Part shown: positions 36,363 through 47,576 of the stretch, piece by piece
Numbering within the stretch: the stretch's first letter is position 1
Layout of the letters: the number at the start of each line of letters is the position of its first letter
DNA from: an uncultured Alphaproteobacteria bacterium
Lineage (GTDB): Bacteria > Pseudomonadota > Alphaproteobacteria > Rhodobacterales > Rhodobacteraceae
NCBI GenBank assembly: GCA_963700835.1
Contig: CAVOZD010000025.1
Location: 20,960-84,959, forward strand
Direction of reading: 5' to 3'
DNA length: 64,000 nt
Notes under the pieces: generated by a model
What the model saw: the letters and a program-made list of their open reading frames with translations, nothing else
Databases searched by the model: none
What the model was told of the DNA's origin: nothing
Position numbers and translations under genes: made by a program

Positions 36363-36661
36363 TTCGCCCAGCAGAGTCGCCCGGTGTCGCAATCACCCCA
36401 ACCAGCATTCCCCAAGTAGCCCTCTGACTTCGCTGTTCGGAACCGGTTATTTCCGCTATAAATCATATTGTTGACGGCATGCAGAGGCGTGTTTCATGGA
36501 TCGCCCAAAAGGGGCGTTTCCGGGACCGGAGACACCGGTCGGGGCGAAAAACATTTGTCCAGCAAGCAGAATCAGGCAATCTTGATGCAAGACGGCGGTC
36601 TATCTGGGGAATGTCTGTTTGTTAAGTTTATGTGAATATGTTCGTTTTGGGGAGGGAAATC

Positions 36662-36988
36662 ATGATCTGTAAAAGAAGACTACTTGGCATTTATATCGCA
36701 ACGACAATGATTTTTTCAACTACGGCTGAGGCTGACTATTCTTTTTCTGTTGACGCGCATATTCTTATTGCAGAATGTTTGTCAAACAGTGATTTTTGCA
36801 TCGGTTTTGTTACCGGGGTTGTACAGGTTGGTCAGAATACTGGAATAATTTGTAAAATTGATGACAGTGTAGGTGTAGATGATGTTGTTCATGAGGTTCT
36901 GCAAAAAATGGAATTGTTCTATGAGTATCGCTCTCGCCCAGCGGAGAACTTCATTCTTAACACAACGAAGGCGGAGTTTTGCGAATGA
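36662..36988 (+). CDS. Rap1a/Tai-like immunity-family protein, exported
   Basis: Signal peptide; L-x3-C-x5-C-x-GFVTGV-x9-C...RPAENFI...FC pattern; GGAGG RBS; hand-counted GC about 33-40% over the first 120 nt. Confidence 0.65.
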   Translation: MICKRRLLGIYIATTMIFSTTAEADYSFSVDAHILIAECLSNSDFCIGFVTGVVQVGQNTGIICKIDDSVGVDDVVHEVLQKMELFYEYRSRPAENFILNTTKAEFCE

Positions 36989-37018
36989 TCAATTTGGCTA
37001 TGATGGCTTGTTGCTCGA

Positions 37019-37108
37019 CTAGTTCTCGGAGCCTGACGCTTGCTACCTGACACCCCGGATTTCATCGAGAGCGTTCAGGGCGCGGCGCTCAAGGGCGACG
37101 ATGTCCCT
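37019..37108 (-). mobile_element. probable IS630-family right-end remnant
   Basis: Minus strand reads RDIVALERRALNALDEIRGVR-stop, then caagcgtcaggctccgagaacTAG; resembles IS630 transposase C-termini and CTAG/TA ends as I recall them; no start and no other end. Confidence 0.45.
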
Positions 37109-37310
37109 TCAGCCCATCGGCGAGATCCCCTCTCAATGTCATTTGGCCGACCGCGGCGCCCGGCAGACCGGACCCGCCACGGTCCCGGACCGTGTTACGC
37201 CCGCAATTAACGAAGATGAATCACTTCAAAATCAATCAGATACCCGGAATTGCACGCGTGTTACACGCCCCGTAACACATCCCGGAGCGGGCGCGCGAGC
37301 CCGCGGACCG

Positions 37311-40300
37311 TCACTCCGCCGGCGCCGGCCGGGGCTCGGCCTCCAGGTCCGCCGGCGCCAGCGGGCAGAGCCGCAGCAGCGGCGGCACGGTCAGCAGCGT
37401 CAGGAACGCCGACATCGCCAGCCCGCCGACCACGACCGCGCCGAGCCCGCGGTAGAGCTCCGACCCCGCCCCCGGAAACAGCACCAGCGGCAGCATCCCG
37501 CAGACGCTTGTGAGCGTCGACATGAAGATCGGCCGGATCCGGTTGGCCGTCGCCTCCTCGATCGCCGCCGCTGGCTCCATGCCCTCCTCTCGCAGGTGAT
37601 AGAGCGTCTTGTGGACGATCAGGATGGCGTTGTTGACCACGATCCCCACCAGGATCACGAAGCCGAGCAGCGTCAGCATGTCCAGCGGCTGGTTCTGGAA
37701 GAGGTTGAGGATCGCCAGTCCCCCGACCCCGCCCGCGGCGGCCACCGGCACCGAGATCATGATCACCAGCGGCAGCACGAAGCTCTCGAAGAGGATCGCC
37801 ATCACGAGGAACACGATCACTACCGCCACCGCCAGGTTGACCTGGATGGCGCTCCAGGTCTGGCTGAGCTGATCGGCGGTGCCCGACACCGCGAGCCGCA
37901 CGCCCGGCGGCAGTCCCTGCGCCTCGAGCGCCGCGACCACCTCGGTCTCCAGGATCTCCACCGCCGCCTCCAGCGGCAGGTCGGGAGCCGGCCGCACTTC
38001 GAGCGTGACCGTGCGCAGCCGGTCGCGGTGGCGGATCTCGGTGGGTCCCGCGGTCACCCGCACCTCTGCCAGCGCACCCAGCGGCACGATCTGCCCCGAC
38101 GGCGTGACGATGGGAAAGCTGCCGACATCCTGGGTTCGCAGATCCCCGACCGGCGCGCCCATCAGCGTCAGGTCGATCCGGTTCGCGCCCACGGTGATCT
38201 CGGCCACCCTGACCCCGTCGTTGTAGGCGTCGACCGTCTGGGCGATATCGGCCGCGCCGACTGCGGCGTCCGCCTGCAGGAGCCGGTCGGGGATCAGCCG
38301 GATCTCCGGAGCGCCGAGTTCGAGGCCGGGTATCGGCCGGAACTGGTGGCCCTCCTCGCGCGGCAGCGCCCCGGCGATGATCCCGGCCGCGCGCCCGGCG
38401 ACGCCGAGGATCTCCTCGAGGTCCTGTCCCGACACGTTGAGCTCGATCGTGCGCGCGCCCCCGACCCCGCGCCCGAAGAGCGACGGCTGGGTCATGAAGC
38501 CGAAGGTGCCCGGCTCGGCGAAGATCGGGCCCGACAGGATCGGGATGGTCTCGCCGGCCCGCGCTCCGTCGACCGCGCTCGCGCCCACGAAGCTGCTGCC
38601 CGACAGCGCGACGAAGAAGAATCCCTCGAGCGCCGGACGCCCGTCGGCGGTCTCGGTCGCCGGGCGCGCCTCCCACATAGGACGCGCCACTTCCTCGACG
38701 CGCTGGGCGATGGTTTCGGTGGTGTCGAGATTGTAGCCGGGCGGCGGAATGATCAGCCCGAAGACGAGGTTGCGGTTGCCCTCGGGGAGGTATTCGAGCT
38801 TGGGAAGGAACGCCCAGGCGGCCCCGCCGGCGATCCCCGCGATCGCCGCGACGAAGGCGAGCCCAAGCGCGCGGTTGCGAATCGCGAGCCGAGTGTAGCC
38901 CATCACGCCCCGACAGAAGAGCGCCGCGAGATCGTCGATCACCGGCAGGCGCATCACCTTCCGCCCCTCGCCGGCGCGGCCGAGCAGGCGCGAGGCGAGC
39001 GCCGGAACCACCGTCACCGCCACCACCAGCGACAGCATCACCGACACCGAGATCGCCACGGCGATGTCGCGGAAGAGCTGTCCGGCCTCGAGCTCCATCA
39101 CCAGGATCGGGATGAACACCATCACCGTGGTCAGGGCCGAGACGAGGATCGCGCCCCATACCTGGCTCGCGCCCAGATACGCCGCCTCGCGCCGCGACAG
39201 CCCCTTCTCCCTTAGGCGGAAGATGTTCTCCAGGACCACGATCGCGGCGTCCACGATCATGCCGATGGCGAAGGCGATGCCGGCGAGCGAGATCACGTTG
39301 AGCGTGCGCCCGGTCGCCGCCATCGCCACGAAGGTCGCCACGATCGACACCGGGATCGACAGCGACACGACCAGCGTGGCCGACGGGCTGCGCAGGAACA
39401 GCATCAGCACGCCGGCCGCAAGAAGTCCGCCCACCCAGATGTTCTGCACCACGAGGTCGATCGCGCTCTCGATGTAGACGGTCTCGTCGTAGACCTGTTC
39501 GAGCACGAGACCCTGCGCGGCGACCGGCCCGGCGGCGAGTTCGTCCAGCACGACCCGGATCTCCGCCATGGTCTCGATCACGTTGGCGCCGCTCTCGCGC
39601 ACGATGTTGAACGCGAGGCCCGGCTCGCCGCGGAACCGCAACCGCGCCTGCGGCTCCTTGTGCCCGAACTTCACTTCCGCCACGTCGCCGAGCCGGAGAC
39701 GCCCCCGCGAGCCGGTCCCGTCCGGAGCCTCCGAGCGCAGCACCACGCCGCGCACCGCCTCGAGCGTGTTGAGATCCCCCTCGGCGCGCACCACGTAACG
39801 CCGCTTGCCCTCCTCGACGTCCCCGGCGGAGATCGAGACGTTCTCGCGGCGCAGCGTCGATACGATCTCCGGGATCGTCAGCCCGTAGCGCGACAGGTCC
39901 TCCGGCCGCACGACGATCTGAAGTTCGCGCGCAACCCCGCCGAAGACGTTGACGGCGGAAACTCCGTCGATGCGCTCGAGACGCTCCTTGATCACATCGT
40001 CCACGAAGTCCCCGAACTGGGGCAGCGGGGTCTCGTTGCCGGACGCGGCGGTCAGCAGCACCCACGCGATCGCGCTGTCGTCCGCGCCGGAGGTGTTGAG
40101 CGTCGGCGTGCCCGATTCCTCGGGATAGCTGCTCACCCGGTCAAGTCGGTTGGACACCAGAAGCAGCGTCTGGCTCATGTCGGTCCCGACCGCGAACTCC
40201 AGGGTGATCTCGGCTTCGCCCGTCTGAGCGCGCGAAGTCATGATCTCGAGCCCGTCGAGGCCGCGCAGCACGTCCTCCTGCGGGTTGATGATCTCGCGCT

Positions 40301-40478
40301 CGATCTCCACCGGCGCGGCCCCAGGCCATGCGGTGCTGACCACCACCACCGGGCTGCGCACGTCCGGCGCGAGCTGCACCGGGATCCGGCTGAGCGCTAG
40401 CACGCCGAACAGCACCGCCATCGCCACGACGGCGAGCACCGCGATCGGCCGGTCGATGGCGAAGCGGATCGGATCCAT
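37311..40478 (-). CDS. RND efflux permease (AcrB/AcrD/AcrF family)
   Basis: FAIDRPIAV, GMIVDAAIVVLENI, GIVVNNAILIV, RIRPIFMSTLT. Confidence 0.95.
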   Translation of the reverse strand: MDPIRFAIDRPIAVLAVVAMAVLFGVLALSRIPVQLAPDVRSPVVVVSTAWPGAAPVEIEREIINPQEDVLRGLDGLEIMTSRAQTGEAEITLEFAVGTDMSQTLLLVSNRLDRVSSYPEESGTPTLNTSGADDSAIAWVLLTAASGNETPLPQFGDFVDDVIKERLERIDGVSAVNVFGGVARELQIVVRPEDLSRYGLTIPEIVSTLRRENVSISAGDVEEGKRRYVVRAEGDLNTLEAVRGVVLRSEAPDGTGSRGRLRLGDVAEVKFGHKEPQARLRFRGEPGLAFNIVRESGANVIETMAEIRVVLDELAAGPVAAQGLVLEQVYDETVYIESAIDLVVQNIWVGGLLAAGVLMLFLRSPSATLVVSLSIPVSIVATFVAMAATGRTLNVISLAGIAFAIGMIVDAAIVVLENIFRLREKGLSRREAAYLGASQVWGAILVSALTTVMVFIPILVMELEAGQLFRDIAVAISVSVMLSLVVAVTVVPALASRLLGRAGEGRKVMRLPVIDDLAALFCRGVMGYTRLAIRNRALGLAFVAAIAGIAGGAAWAFLPKLEYLPEGNRNLVFGLIIPPPGYNLDTTETIAQRVEEVARPMWEARPATETADGRPALEGFFFVALSGSSFVGASAVDGARAGETIPILSGPIFAEPGTFGFMTQPSLFGRGVGGARTIELNVSGQDLEEILGVAGRAAGIIAGALPREEGHQFRPIPGLELGAPEIRLIPDRLLQADAAVGAADIAQTVDAYNDGVRVAEITVGANRIDLTLMGAPVGDLRTQDVGSFPIVTPSGQIVPLGALAEVRVTAGPTEIRHRDRLRTVTLEVRPAPDLPLEAAVEILETEVVAALEAQGLPPGVRLAVSGTADQLSQTWSAIQVNLAVAVVIVFLVMAILFESFVLPLVIMISVPVAAAGGVGGLAILNLFQNQPLDMLTLLGFVILVGIVVNNAILIVHKTLYHLREEGMEPAAAIEEATANRIRPIFMSTLTSVCGMLPLVLFPGAGSELYRGLGAVVVGGLAMSAFLTLLTVPPLLRLCPLAPADLEAEPRPAPAE

Positions 40479-40491
40479 CGCGCGCGTCCCC

Positions 40492-41646
40492 TCAGCCGCC
40501 GGACCGGGCCGGCGCGACCTCGGCGCTGCCCTCGGGGCGCGCGTCCGCAGGCTGAGCCGCAATCGGTTGCATCGGTCGCAACCGCTCGTTGCCGCGCACC
40601 ACGACCTCGTCGCCCTCCGCCAGTCCCGAGATCACTTCGAAGCGGTCCGCGAAGGCGCGGCCGATCACCACGTCGCGCGGAGCCGCCACGCCGTCCTCGT
40701 TCACGAAAGCTGTCCAGGCGCCGCGCGCCTGGATCATTGCGTCCTTCGGAGCGAGCAGCAGCGTTTCGGGCGGCGCGGTCGGCACGTCGATCACGATGGT
40801 CTGGCCCAGCGCGGCCTCCGGCGCCGCACCCGCCGCCGGGGTCAGCCGCACCGGGCGCGTCCGGGTTGCGGAGAACTCGCTCGGAAGCACCGCGCGCACG
40901 ACCAAAGCGATCTCGCCGCCGTCCGCGCCGCGCCCCTGCACCGACTGGCCCGGGGCCAGCGCCGCCACGAACTGCGCGGGCACGTTCGCCTCCACCTCCA
41001 TCTCGGCCACGTCGAGGAGCCGCGCCACCGGCTCGCCGATCTGGACGTACTCTCCGACCGCGATGCGCACGTCCATCACCGTGGCCGGGAACGGCGCGCG
41101 GATCGTCGCGCGCTCGAGGTTGTACGACGCGCCCGCGCGTTCGGCCTCGGCGTTGAGAAGCCGCGCCTCGGCGCGCGCCATTTCCCCGCGGGCCCGGGCG
41201 AGTTCGCCCTCGCGGTCCTCGAACTGGCCCTGGCTGAAGGCGTTGGACCCGCGCAGGCCCTCGACGCGCGCGAACCCGCGTTCGGCAAGCAGGATGCCCG
41301 CCCGCGCAACCTCCACGCCGGCCCGCGCCTCCGCGATCGCCGCCTCCGCCTGGGCCAGCAGGATCTCGAGCAACTCGTGATCGAGCTCAGCAAGCATATC
41401 GCCCTCGGCAACCGCGTCGCCCGCCTCGATCGCGACCTCGGTGACGACGCCGGCGACGCGGACGGCGACCTCGCTCTCGCGATTGGCCACGAACTGGCCG
41501 TAGACAGGAACTGTCTCGAAGATCTCGCGCCTGTCGACGCGTTCGGTGAGCACCATCGCCGGCTGGTCCTGCGCAGCCGCAAACTGCCAGGACGCAGCCG
41601 GTGACATGGCTGCGGCCGAGAGCGCAAGAACGCGAATGACTTTCAA
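40492..41646 (-). CDS. RND periplasmic adaptor subunit
   Basis: VAVRVAGVV...GDAVAEGDMLAEL, coiled hairpin, IRAPFPATV, GLAEGDEVVVRG; start uncertain. Confidence 0.88.
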   Translation of the reverse strand: MKVIRVLALSAAAMSPAASWQFAAAQDQPAMVLTERVDRREIFETVPVYGQFVANRESEVAVRVAGVVTEVAIEAGDAVAEGDMLAELDHELLEILLAQAEAAIAEARAGVEVARAGILLAERGFARVEGLRGSNAFSQGQFEDREGELARARGEMARAEARLLNAEAERAGASYNLERATIRAPFPATVMDVRIAVGEYVQIGEPVARLLDVAEMEVEANVPAQFVAALAPGQSVQGRGADGGEIALVVRAVLPSEFSATRTRPVRLTPAAGAAPEAALGQTIVIDVPTAPPETLLLAPKDAMIQARGAWTAFVNEDGVAAPRDVVIGRAFADRFEVISGLAEGDEVVVRGNERLRPMQPIAAQPADARPEGSAEVAPARSGG

Positions 41647-41749
41647 GTGTCCGATCCCACCAGCGAACCCTTGAGGATAACCCCATTTGGGCGAAGTCAA
41701 AGACAATGCGTCGCCAGCGCGGCGCGCGCGCCTCCGGATGATCCGCTCC

Positions 41750-42427
41750 TCAGCCGCCGGCGCCCGCCGCCGGGTCCGCCGCCACCAGGCGCAGTATCGT
41801 CTCGACATTGAAGCGCAGACGCCCGGCCAGAGCGTCGGTCGTCATCATGTCCCGGCCGAAAAGCACCGCTGCGGTGTGCCTGTTCGTGAGATAGTAGTAT
41901 CCGACGGCAGCGATGGTGATGGCGAGCTGGACCGGGTCGACGCCGGGACGGAACACGCCCAGCGCGACCCCGCGGTCGAGGAGCCGCGTGACCGTCTCCA
42001 CGTAGCCGCGCTGGGACCGCTTGATCGCCTCCGAACGGCGGACGTGCCGGGCCCGGTGGAGGTTCTCGCTGTTGACGAGCGTCAGGAACTCCGGGTGCGC
42101 GAGATAGTACTCCCAGGTGCGCCGCACCAGCGTTTCAAGCGCCTCGACCGGAGGCAGGTGGTCGAGCGCAAGCTCCTGCTCCATCCGCCGGATGCCGAGA
42201 TAGGCATCCTCGATCACCGCCTGGAACAGCTCCTCCTTGCCTCCGAAATAGTGATAGATCATGCGCTTGTTGGCTTCTGAGCGTGCGGCGATCTCGTCGA
42301 CGCGGGCCCCGCCGAGGCCGTTCGCGGCGAACTCCGCCTTGGCCGCCGAGAGGATCCGCGCCCGCGTCGCCTCGGCGTCACGCGGCCGGCGCGTCCTTCG
42401 GGGCGGGCGCGACTGGGCTTCGCTCAC
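41750..42427 (-). CDS. TetR-family regulator
   Basis: ILSAAKAEFAANGLGGARVDEIA...KRMIYHYFGGKEEL; GTG start after GGGAGGGAG. Confidence 0.92.
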   Translation of the reverse strand: MSEAQSRPPRRTRRPRDAEATRARILSAAKAEFAANGLGGARVDEIAARSEANKRMIYHYFGGKEELFQAVIEDAYLGIRRMEQELALDHLPPVEALETLVRRTWEYYLAHPEFLTLVNSENLHRARHVRRSEAIKRSQRGYVETVTRLLDRGVALGVFRPGVDPVQLAITIAAVGYYYLTNRHTAAVLFGRDMMTTDALAGRLRFNVETILRLVAADPAAGAGG

Positions 42428-42867
42428 GTCTCCCTCCCTTTGCGCCCACGACGATAGGGGCTCGGGACCAGAAAGCAAAGCCGTGGTAACCGGACGGTGC
42501 GTTTGTATTGTCATCGGCTGGCGACGGCCGGTGCGAACGATCCGACGTGCGAGTTGGGCCATTCGGTTCGGACGCGGCGGGCAGAAACTCCGGATCGCCG
42601 GGCGAGGCTTCCGGAACGGACGCGGCGCTTCGGGGTTGCCTCTTTCGCGCGTTGATCGTCAATATGGCCGCGATCGCCGCGCCGCCGCCGCCGCGGGGCG
42701 GCGCAGAAACGGACTTGCGGGGGAGGAACGGCGTCGACAACGACGCGGCGATGCCGGATGGCGGTCGGAAAGGCCGTTGACGCCGGGCGGGAAAGCCCGC
42801 GAAACAGTTCAAAATCGGAGCGCATGCCCAAACCAGCGGACGCGCGCCATCTCGAGAGGAGGGGACA

Positions 42868-43590
<723 letters not shown>

Positions 43591-43610
43591 CCTGGAACGG
43601 GCGCACCACC

Positions 43611-46268
43611 ATGAAAGACGGCACCAACGACATCGATCCCATCGAGAGCCAGGAATGGCAGGACGCGGTCGCGGACGTCATCGAGCGCGATGGGCCCGAC
43701 CGGGCCCATTTCCTGCTCGACAAGGCGGTGCAGCAGGCGCGCGCCGCGGGGGCGATGCTGCCCTTCTCCGCAACCACGCCCTACCAGAACACGATCCCGA
43801 CCGACGACCAGCCCGAGTTCCCGGGCGATCTTGAGATCGAGGGCCGCATCCGGGCGATCAACCGCTGGAACGCCATGGCGACGGTTGTCCGGCGCAACAA
43901 GGAAAGCAGCGAATACGGCGGGCACATCGCCTCGTTCGCCTCCTCCGCCGCGCTCTATGACATCGGGCTCAACCATTTCTGGCGGTCGCGGTCTGCGATC
44001 CACGGCGGCGACCTGGTGTTCTTCCAGGGCCATGCGGTGCCCGGCATATACGCCCGGTCCTTCATGGAGGGCCGAATCAGCGAGGCGGAGCTCGAAGACT
44101 TCCGCTCCGAGGTCGGCGGTAAAGGGCTGAGCTCCTACCCGCATCCCTGGCTGATGCCCGACTACTGGCAGTTCCCGACCGTCTCGATGGGGCTCGGGCC
44201 GCTCATGGCGATCTACCAGGCGCGGTTCATGAAGTACCTGCACAACCGCGGGCTCATCGACATGGGCGACCGGAAGGTCTGGTGCTTCCTGGGTGACGGC
44301 GAGATGGACGAGCCCGAAAGCCTCGGCGCCATCGGCCTCGCGTCGCGCGAGGGCCTCGACAACCTGATCTTCGTGATCAACTGCAACCTGCAGCGGCTCG
44401 ACGGGCCGGTGCGCGGCAACGGCAAAATCATCCAGGAACTCGAGGGCAATTTCCGCGGCTCCGGCTGGGAAGTGATCAAGCTGCTCTGGGGCCGCGGCTG
44501 GGATGAGCTTCTCGAGAACGACGTCACCGGCCGCCTGCGCCAGCTCATGGCCGAGACCGTGGACGGCGACTACCAGACCTTCAAGAGCCGCGACGGCGCG
44601 TATATCCGCGAGGCGTTCTTCGGCAAGTATCCCGAGACCGCGGCGCTGGTCGAAGACTGGACCGACGAGCAGATCTGGGACCTGCGGCGCGGCGGCCACG
44701 ACGTGCTCAAGGTCTACACCGCCTTCAAGCGCGCCACCGAAGTCGAGGGTCAGCCCACCTGCCTGCTGATCAAGACCGTGAAGGGCTACGGGATGGGCTC
44801 GGCCGGCGAGGGCCAGAACACCACGCACCAGCAGAAGAAGATGGCCGAGGATCAGTTGCGCGCCATGCGCGACCGCTTCCGCATCCCGGTCTCCGACGAG
44901 GATCTGCCCAAGGCGCCCTTCGTCAAGCTCAACAACGCCCAGAAGGCCTATCTCGCCGATCGTCGCAAGGCGCTCGGCGGCGAGTTCCCCAAGCGCCACT
45001 GGCGCGACGCGCCCAAGCTCGAGATCCCGCCGCTGTCGGCCTTCGAGGGCCAGCTCAAGGGAACCGGCGACCGCGAGATCTCGACCACGATGGCCTTCGT
45101 GCGCATCCTGACCACGCTCCTGCGCGACAAGAACGTCGGCAAGCAGGTGGTGCCGATCGTGCCCGACGAGAGCCGCACCTTTGGCATGGAGGGCCTCTTC
45201 CGCTCGGTCGGCATCTACAACCCCAAGGGCCAGACCTACACGCCCGAGGACGCCGACCAGATGATGTTCTACAAGGAGAGCGAGACCGGACAGGTCCTCC
45301 AGGAGGGCATCAACGAAGCCGGCGCCATGGCCGACTGGATCGCCGCTGCGACCTCCTACTCGGTGCACGGAGTGCCGATGATCCCGTTCTTCATCTATTA
45401 TTCGATGTTCGGGTTCCAGCGCATCGGCGATCTCGCCTGGGCCGCCGGCGACAGCCGCGCGCGCGGCTTCATGCTCGGCGGCACCGCCGGGCGCACGACG
45501 CTCAACGGCGAGGGGCTGCAGCACGAGGACGGCCACAGCCACGTCCTCGCCTCGACGATCCCGAACTGCATCACCTACGATCCGACGTTCAGCTACGAGG
45601 TCGCGATCATCATCCATCACGGCCTCAAGCGCATGTTCGTCGATCAGTACGACGTGTACTTCTACCTCACCCTGATGAACGAGAACTACGCGCATCCCGA
45701 CATGCCCATGGGCGTCGAGGAAGGCATCATCAAGGGTCTCTACCGGCTGAGGAAGACCAGTCGTCCCGGCAAGAAGCACGTCAACCTGATGGGCTCGGGC
45801 ACCATCCTGATGCAGGCGATCCGCGCCGCGGAGATGCTCAAGGAGGACTTCGGCGTCACCTCCGACATCTGGTCGGCCACCAGCTTCAACGAACTCGCCC
45901 GCGAGGGCCAGGACGTGCTGCGCCACAATCGCCTCAATCCGCTCGGCGAGCAGCGCACGCCCTACGTCACCGAGCAGCTCTCCCAGGCGAAGGGGCCGGT
46001 GATCGTGGCCACCGACTACATGAAGAACTACGCCGAGCAGATCCGCGCCTTCGTGCCCCAGCGCTTCGAGGTGCTCGGGACCGACGGCTACGGCCGCTCC
46101 GACAGCCGCGTCAACCTGCGGCGCTTCTTCGAGGTGGACGCCAGCCACATCGCCGCCACCGCGATGGTCCAGCTCTTCCGCGAGGGCGCGATCACCGAGA
46201 GGGACATGAGCGCGGCGCTGAAGAAATACCACATCGACGGCGGCAAACCCAATCCGCGGCTCGTCTGA
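43611..46268 (+). CDS. aceE: pyruvate dehydrogenase E1, homodimeric AceE type
   Basis: [48 protein letters not shown]. Confidence 0.97.
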   Translation: MKDGTNDIDPIESQEWQDAVADVIERDGPDRAHFLLDKAVQQARAAGAMLPFSATTPYQNTIPTDDQPEFPGDLEIEGRIRAINRWNAMATVVRRNKESSEYGGHIASFASSAALYDIGLNHFWRSRSAIHGGDLVFFQGHAVPGIYARSFMEGRISEAELEDFRSEVGGKGLSSYPHPWLMPDYWQFPTVSMGLGPLMAIYQARFMKYLHNRGLIDMGDRKVWCFLGDGEMDEPESLGAIGLASREGLDNLIFVINCNLQRLDGPVRGNGKIIQELEGNFRGSGWEVIKLLWGRGWDELLENDVTGRLRQLMAETVDGDYQTFKSRDGAYIREAFFGKYPETAALVEDWTDEQIWDLRRGGHDVLKVYTAFKRATEVEGQPTCLLIKTVKGYGMGSAGEGQNTTHQQKKMAEDQLRAMRDRFRIPVSDEDLPKAPFVKLNNAQKAYLADRRKALGGEFPKRHWRDAPKLEIPPLSAFEGQLKGTGDREISTTMAFVRILTTLLRDKNVGKQVVPIVPDESRTFGMEGLFRSVGIYNPKGQTYTPEDADQMMFYKESETGQVLQEGINEAGAMADWIAAATSYSVHGVPMIPFFIYYSMFGFQRIGDLAWAAGDSRARGFMLGGTAGRTTLNGEGLQHEDGHSHVLASTIPNCITYDPTFSYEVAIIIHHGLKRMFVDQYDVYFYLTLMNENYAHPDMPMGVEEGIIKGLYRLRKTSRPGKKHVNLMGSGTILMQAIRAAEMLKEDFGVTSDIWSATSFNELAREGQDVLRHNRLNPLGEQRTPYVTEQLSQAKGPVIVATDYMKNYAEQIRAFVPQRFEVLGTDGYGRSDSRVNLRRFFEVDASHIAATAMVQLFREGAITERDMSAALKKYHIDGGKPNPRLV

Positions 46269-46291
46269 CGCGCCGGACAAGGAGAACAACA

Positions 46292-47563
46292 ATGGCCGTA
46301 GAAGTAAAGGTGCCCGACATCGGCGACTTCACCGATGTCCCGGTTGTCAGCGTTCTGGTGGCGGTGGGCGACACGGTCGCCGAGGAGGACCCGCTGATCG
46401 AGCTCGAGAGCGACAAGGCCACCATGGAGGTGCCCTCGCCGGCGGCCGGCAAGGTCGTGGAGATCAGAATCTCCGAGGGAGACAAGGTCTCGCAGGGATC
46501 TGTGATCCTGCTGCTCGAGGGCGGCGGCGCGGCGGATAAACCGCCGGCGCGGGCCGAGGCCGCGAAGGCGGCTCCCGCGGCGGCTCCGGCGCAGTCCGCC
46601 GCCCGGTCCGAGGCGGCGCCCCCGGCCGCGCCGGCCAGCGTCACCGACGCCGGTTTCGGCAAGGCTCACGCGTCCCCCTCGGTGCGCACCTTCGCCCGTT
46701 CGCTCGGCGTCGACCTCGCGCAGGTCAACGGCACCGGCCGCAAGGGGCGCATCCTGCGCGAGGACGTCACAAACTACTTCAAGTCGCGCTCCGCCCCGGC
46801 CGCGGCCGGCGCGGTCTCCGGCGGTACGGGCATCCCGCCGATCCCGGCGGTCGATTTCTCCAAATTCGGGGAGATCGAGGAGGTCGAGCTCTCCCGAATC
46901 AAGAAGCTCTCCGGCCCTGCCCTGCATCGCTCCTGGCTCAACATCCCGCATGTGACCCACCAGGAAGACGCCGACATCACCGAGATCGACAAGTACCGCA
47001 AGGAGCTCGACACCGAGGCGAAGAAGGACGGCTACCGCGTCACCCTGCTCAGCTTCGTGATCAAGGCCAGCGTCTCGGCCCTAAAGACCCACTGGGAGTT
47101 CAACGCCTCGCTCAGCCCCGAGGGAGACAAGCTGATCCGCAAGCACTACTACAACATCGGCTTCGCGGCGGACACGCCCGGGGGCCTGATGGTGCCGGTG
47201 ATCAAGAAGGCCGATTCGAAAGGCATCATCGAGATCTCGAAGGAGCTTGGCGAGCTTTCCGCCCAGGCCCGCGACGGCAAGCTCAAGAGCGCCGACATGC
47301 AGGGCGCGACCTTCACCATCTCCTCGCTCGGCGGCATTGGCGGCACAGGGTTCACGCCCATCGTCAACGCGCCCGAAGTGGCGATCCTCGGCCTCACCCG
47401 CTCGAAGATCGCGCCGGTCTGGGACGGGGAGGCGTTCCAGCCGCGCAACATCCTGCCAATGTCGCTCAGCTACGACCATCGCGCCGTCGACGGCGCGCTG
47501 GCCGCGCGCTTTTGCGTCACGCTGAAACATCTGCTCGGCGACGTGCGCCGGCTGATGCTCTAG
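46292..47563 (+). CDS. aceF: dihydrolipoyllysine acetyltransferase (E2), one lipoyl domain
   Basis: ESDKATMEVP, HASPSVR, DHRAVDG. Confidence 0.95.
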   Translation: MAVEVKVPDIGDFTDVPVVSVLVAVGDTVAEEDPLIELESDKATMEVPSPAAGKVVEIRISEGDKVSQGSVILLLEGGGAADKPPARAEAAKAAPAAAPAQSAARSEAAPPAAPASVTDAGFGKAHASPSVRTFARSLGVDLAQVNGTGRKGRILREDVTNYFKSRSAPAAAGAVSGGTGIPPIPAVDFSKFGEIEEVELSRIKKLSGPALHRSWLNIPHVTHQEDADITEIDKYRKELDTEAKKDGYRVTLLSFVIKASVSALKTHWEFNASLSPEGDKLIRKHYYNIGFAADTPGGLMVPVIKKADSKGIIEISKELGELSAQARDGKLKSADMQGATFTISSLGGIGGTGFTPIVNAPEVAILGLTRSKIAPVWDGEAFQPRNILPMSLSYDHRAVDGALAARFCVTLKHLLGDVRRLML

Positions 47564-47576
47564 GGGAGCGCGCATC

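Noticed and set aside
33801-36408. Two similar short minus-strand ORFs (ELR.E.GACLGGRESA...) at 33801-34043 and 36133-36408
   Set aside because: The similarity is just translation of repeats A and B; no RBS or coding bias supports real peptides.
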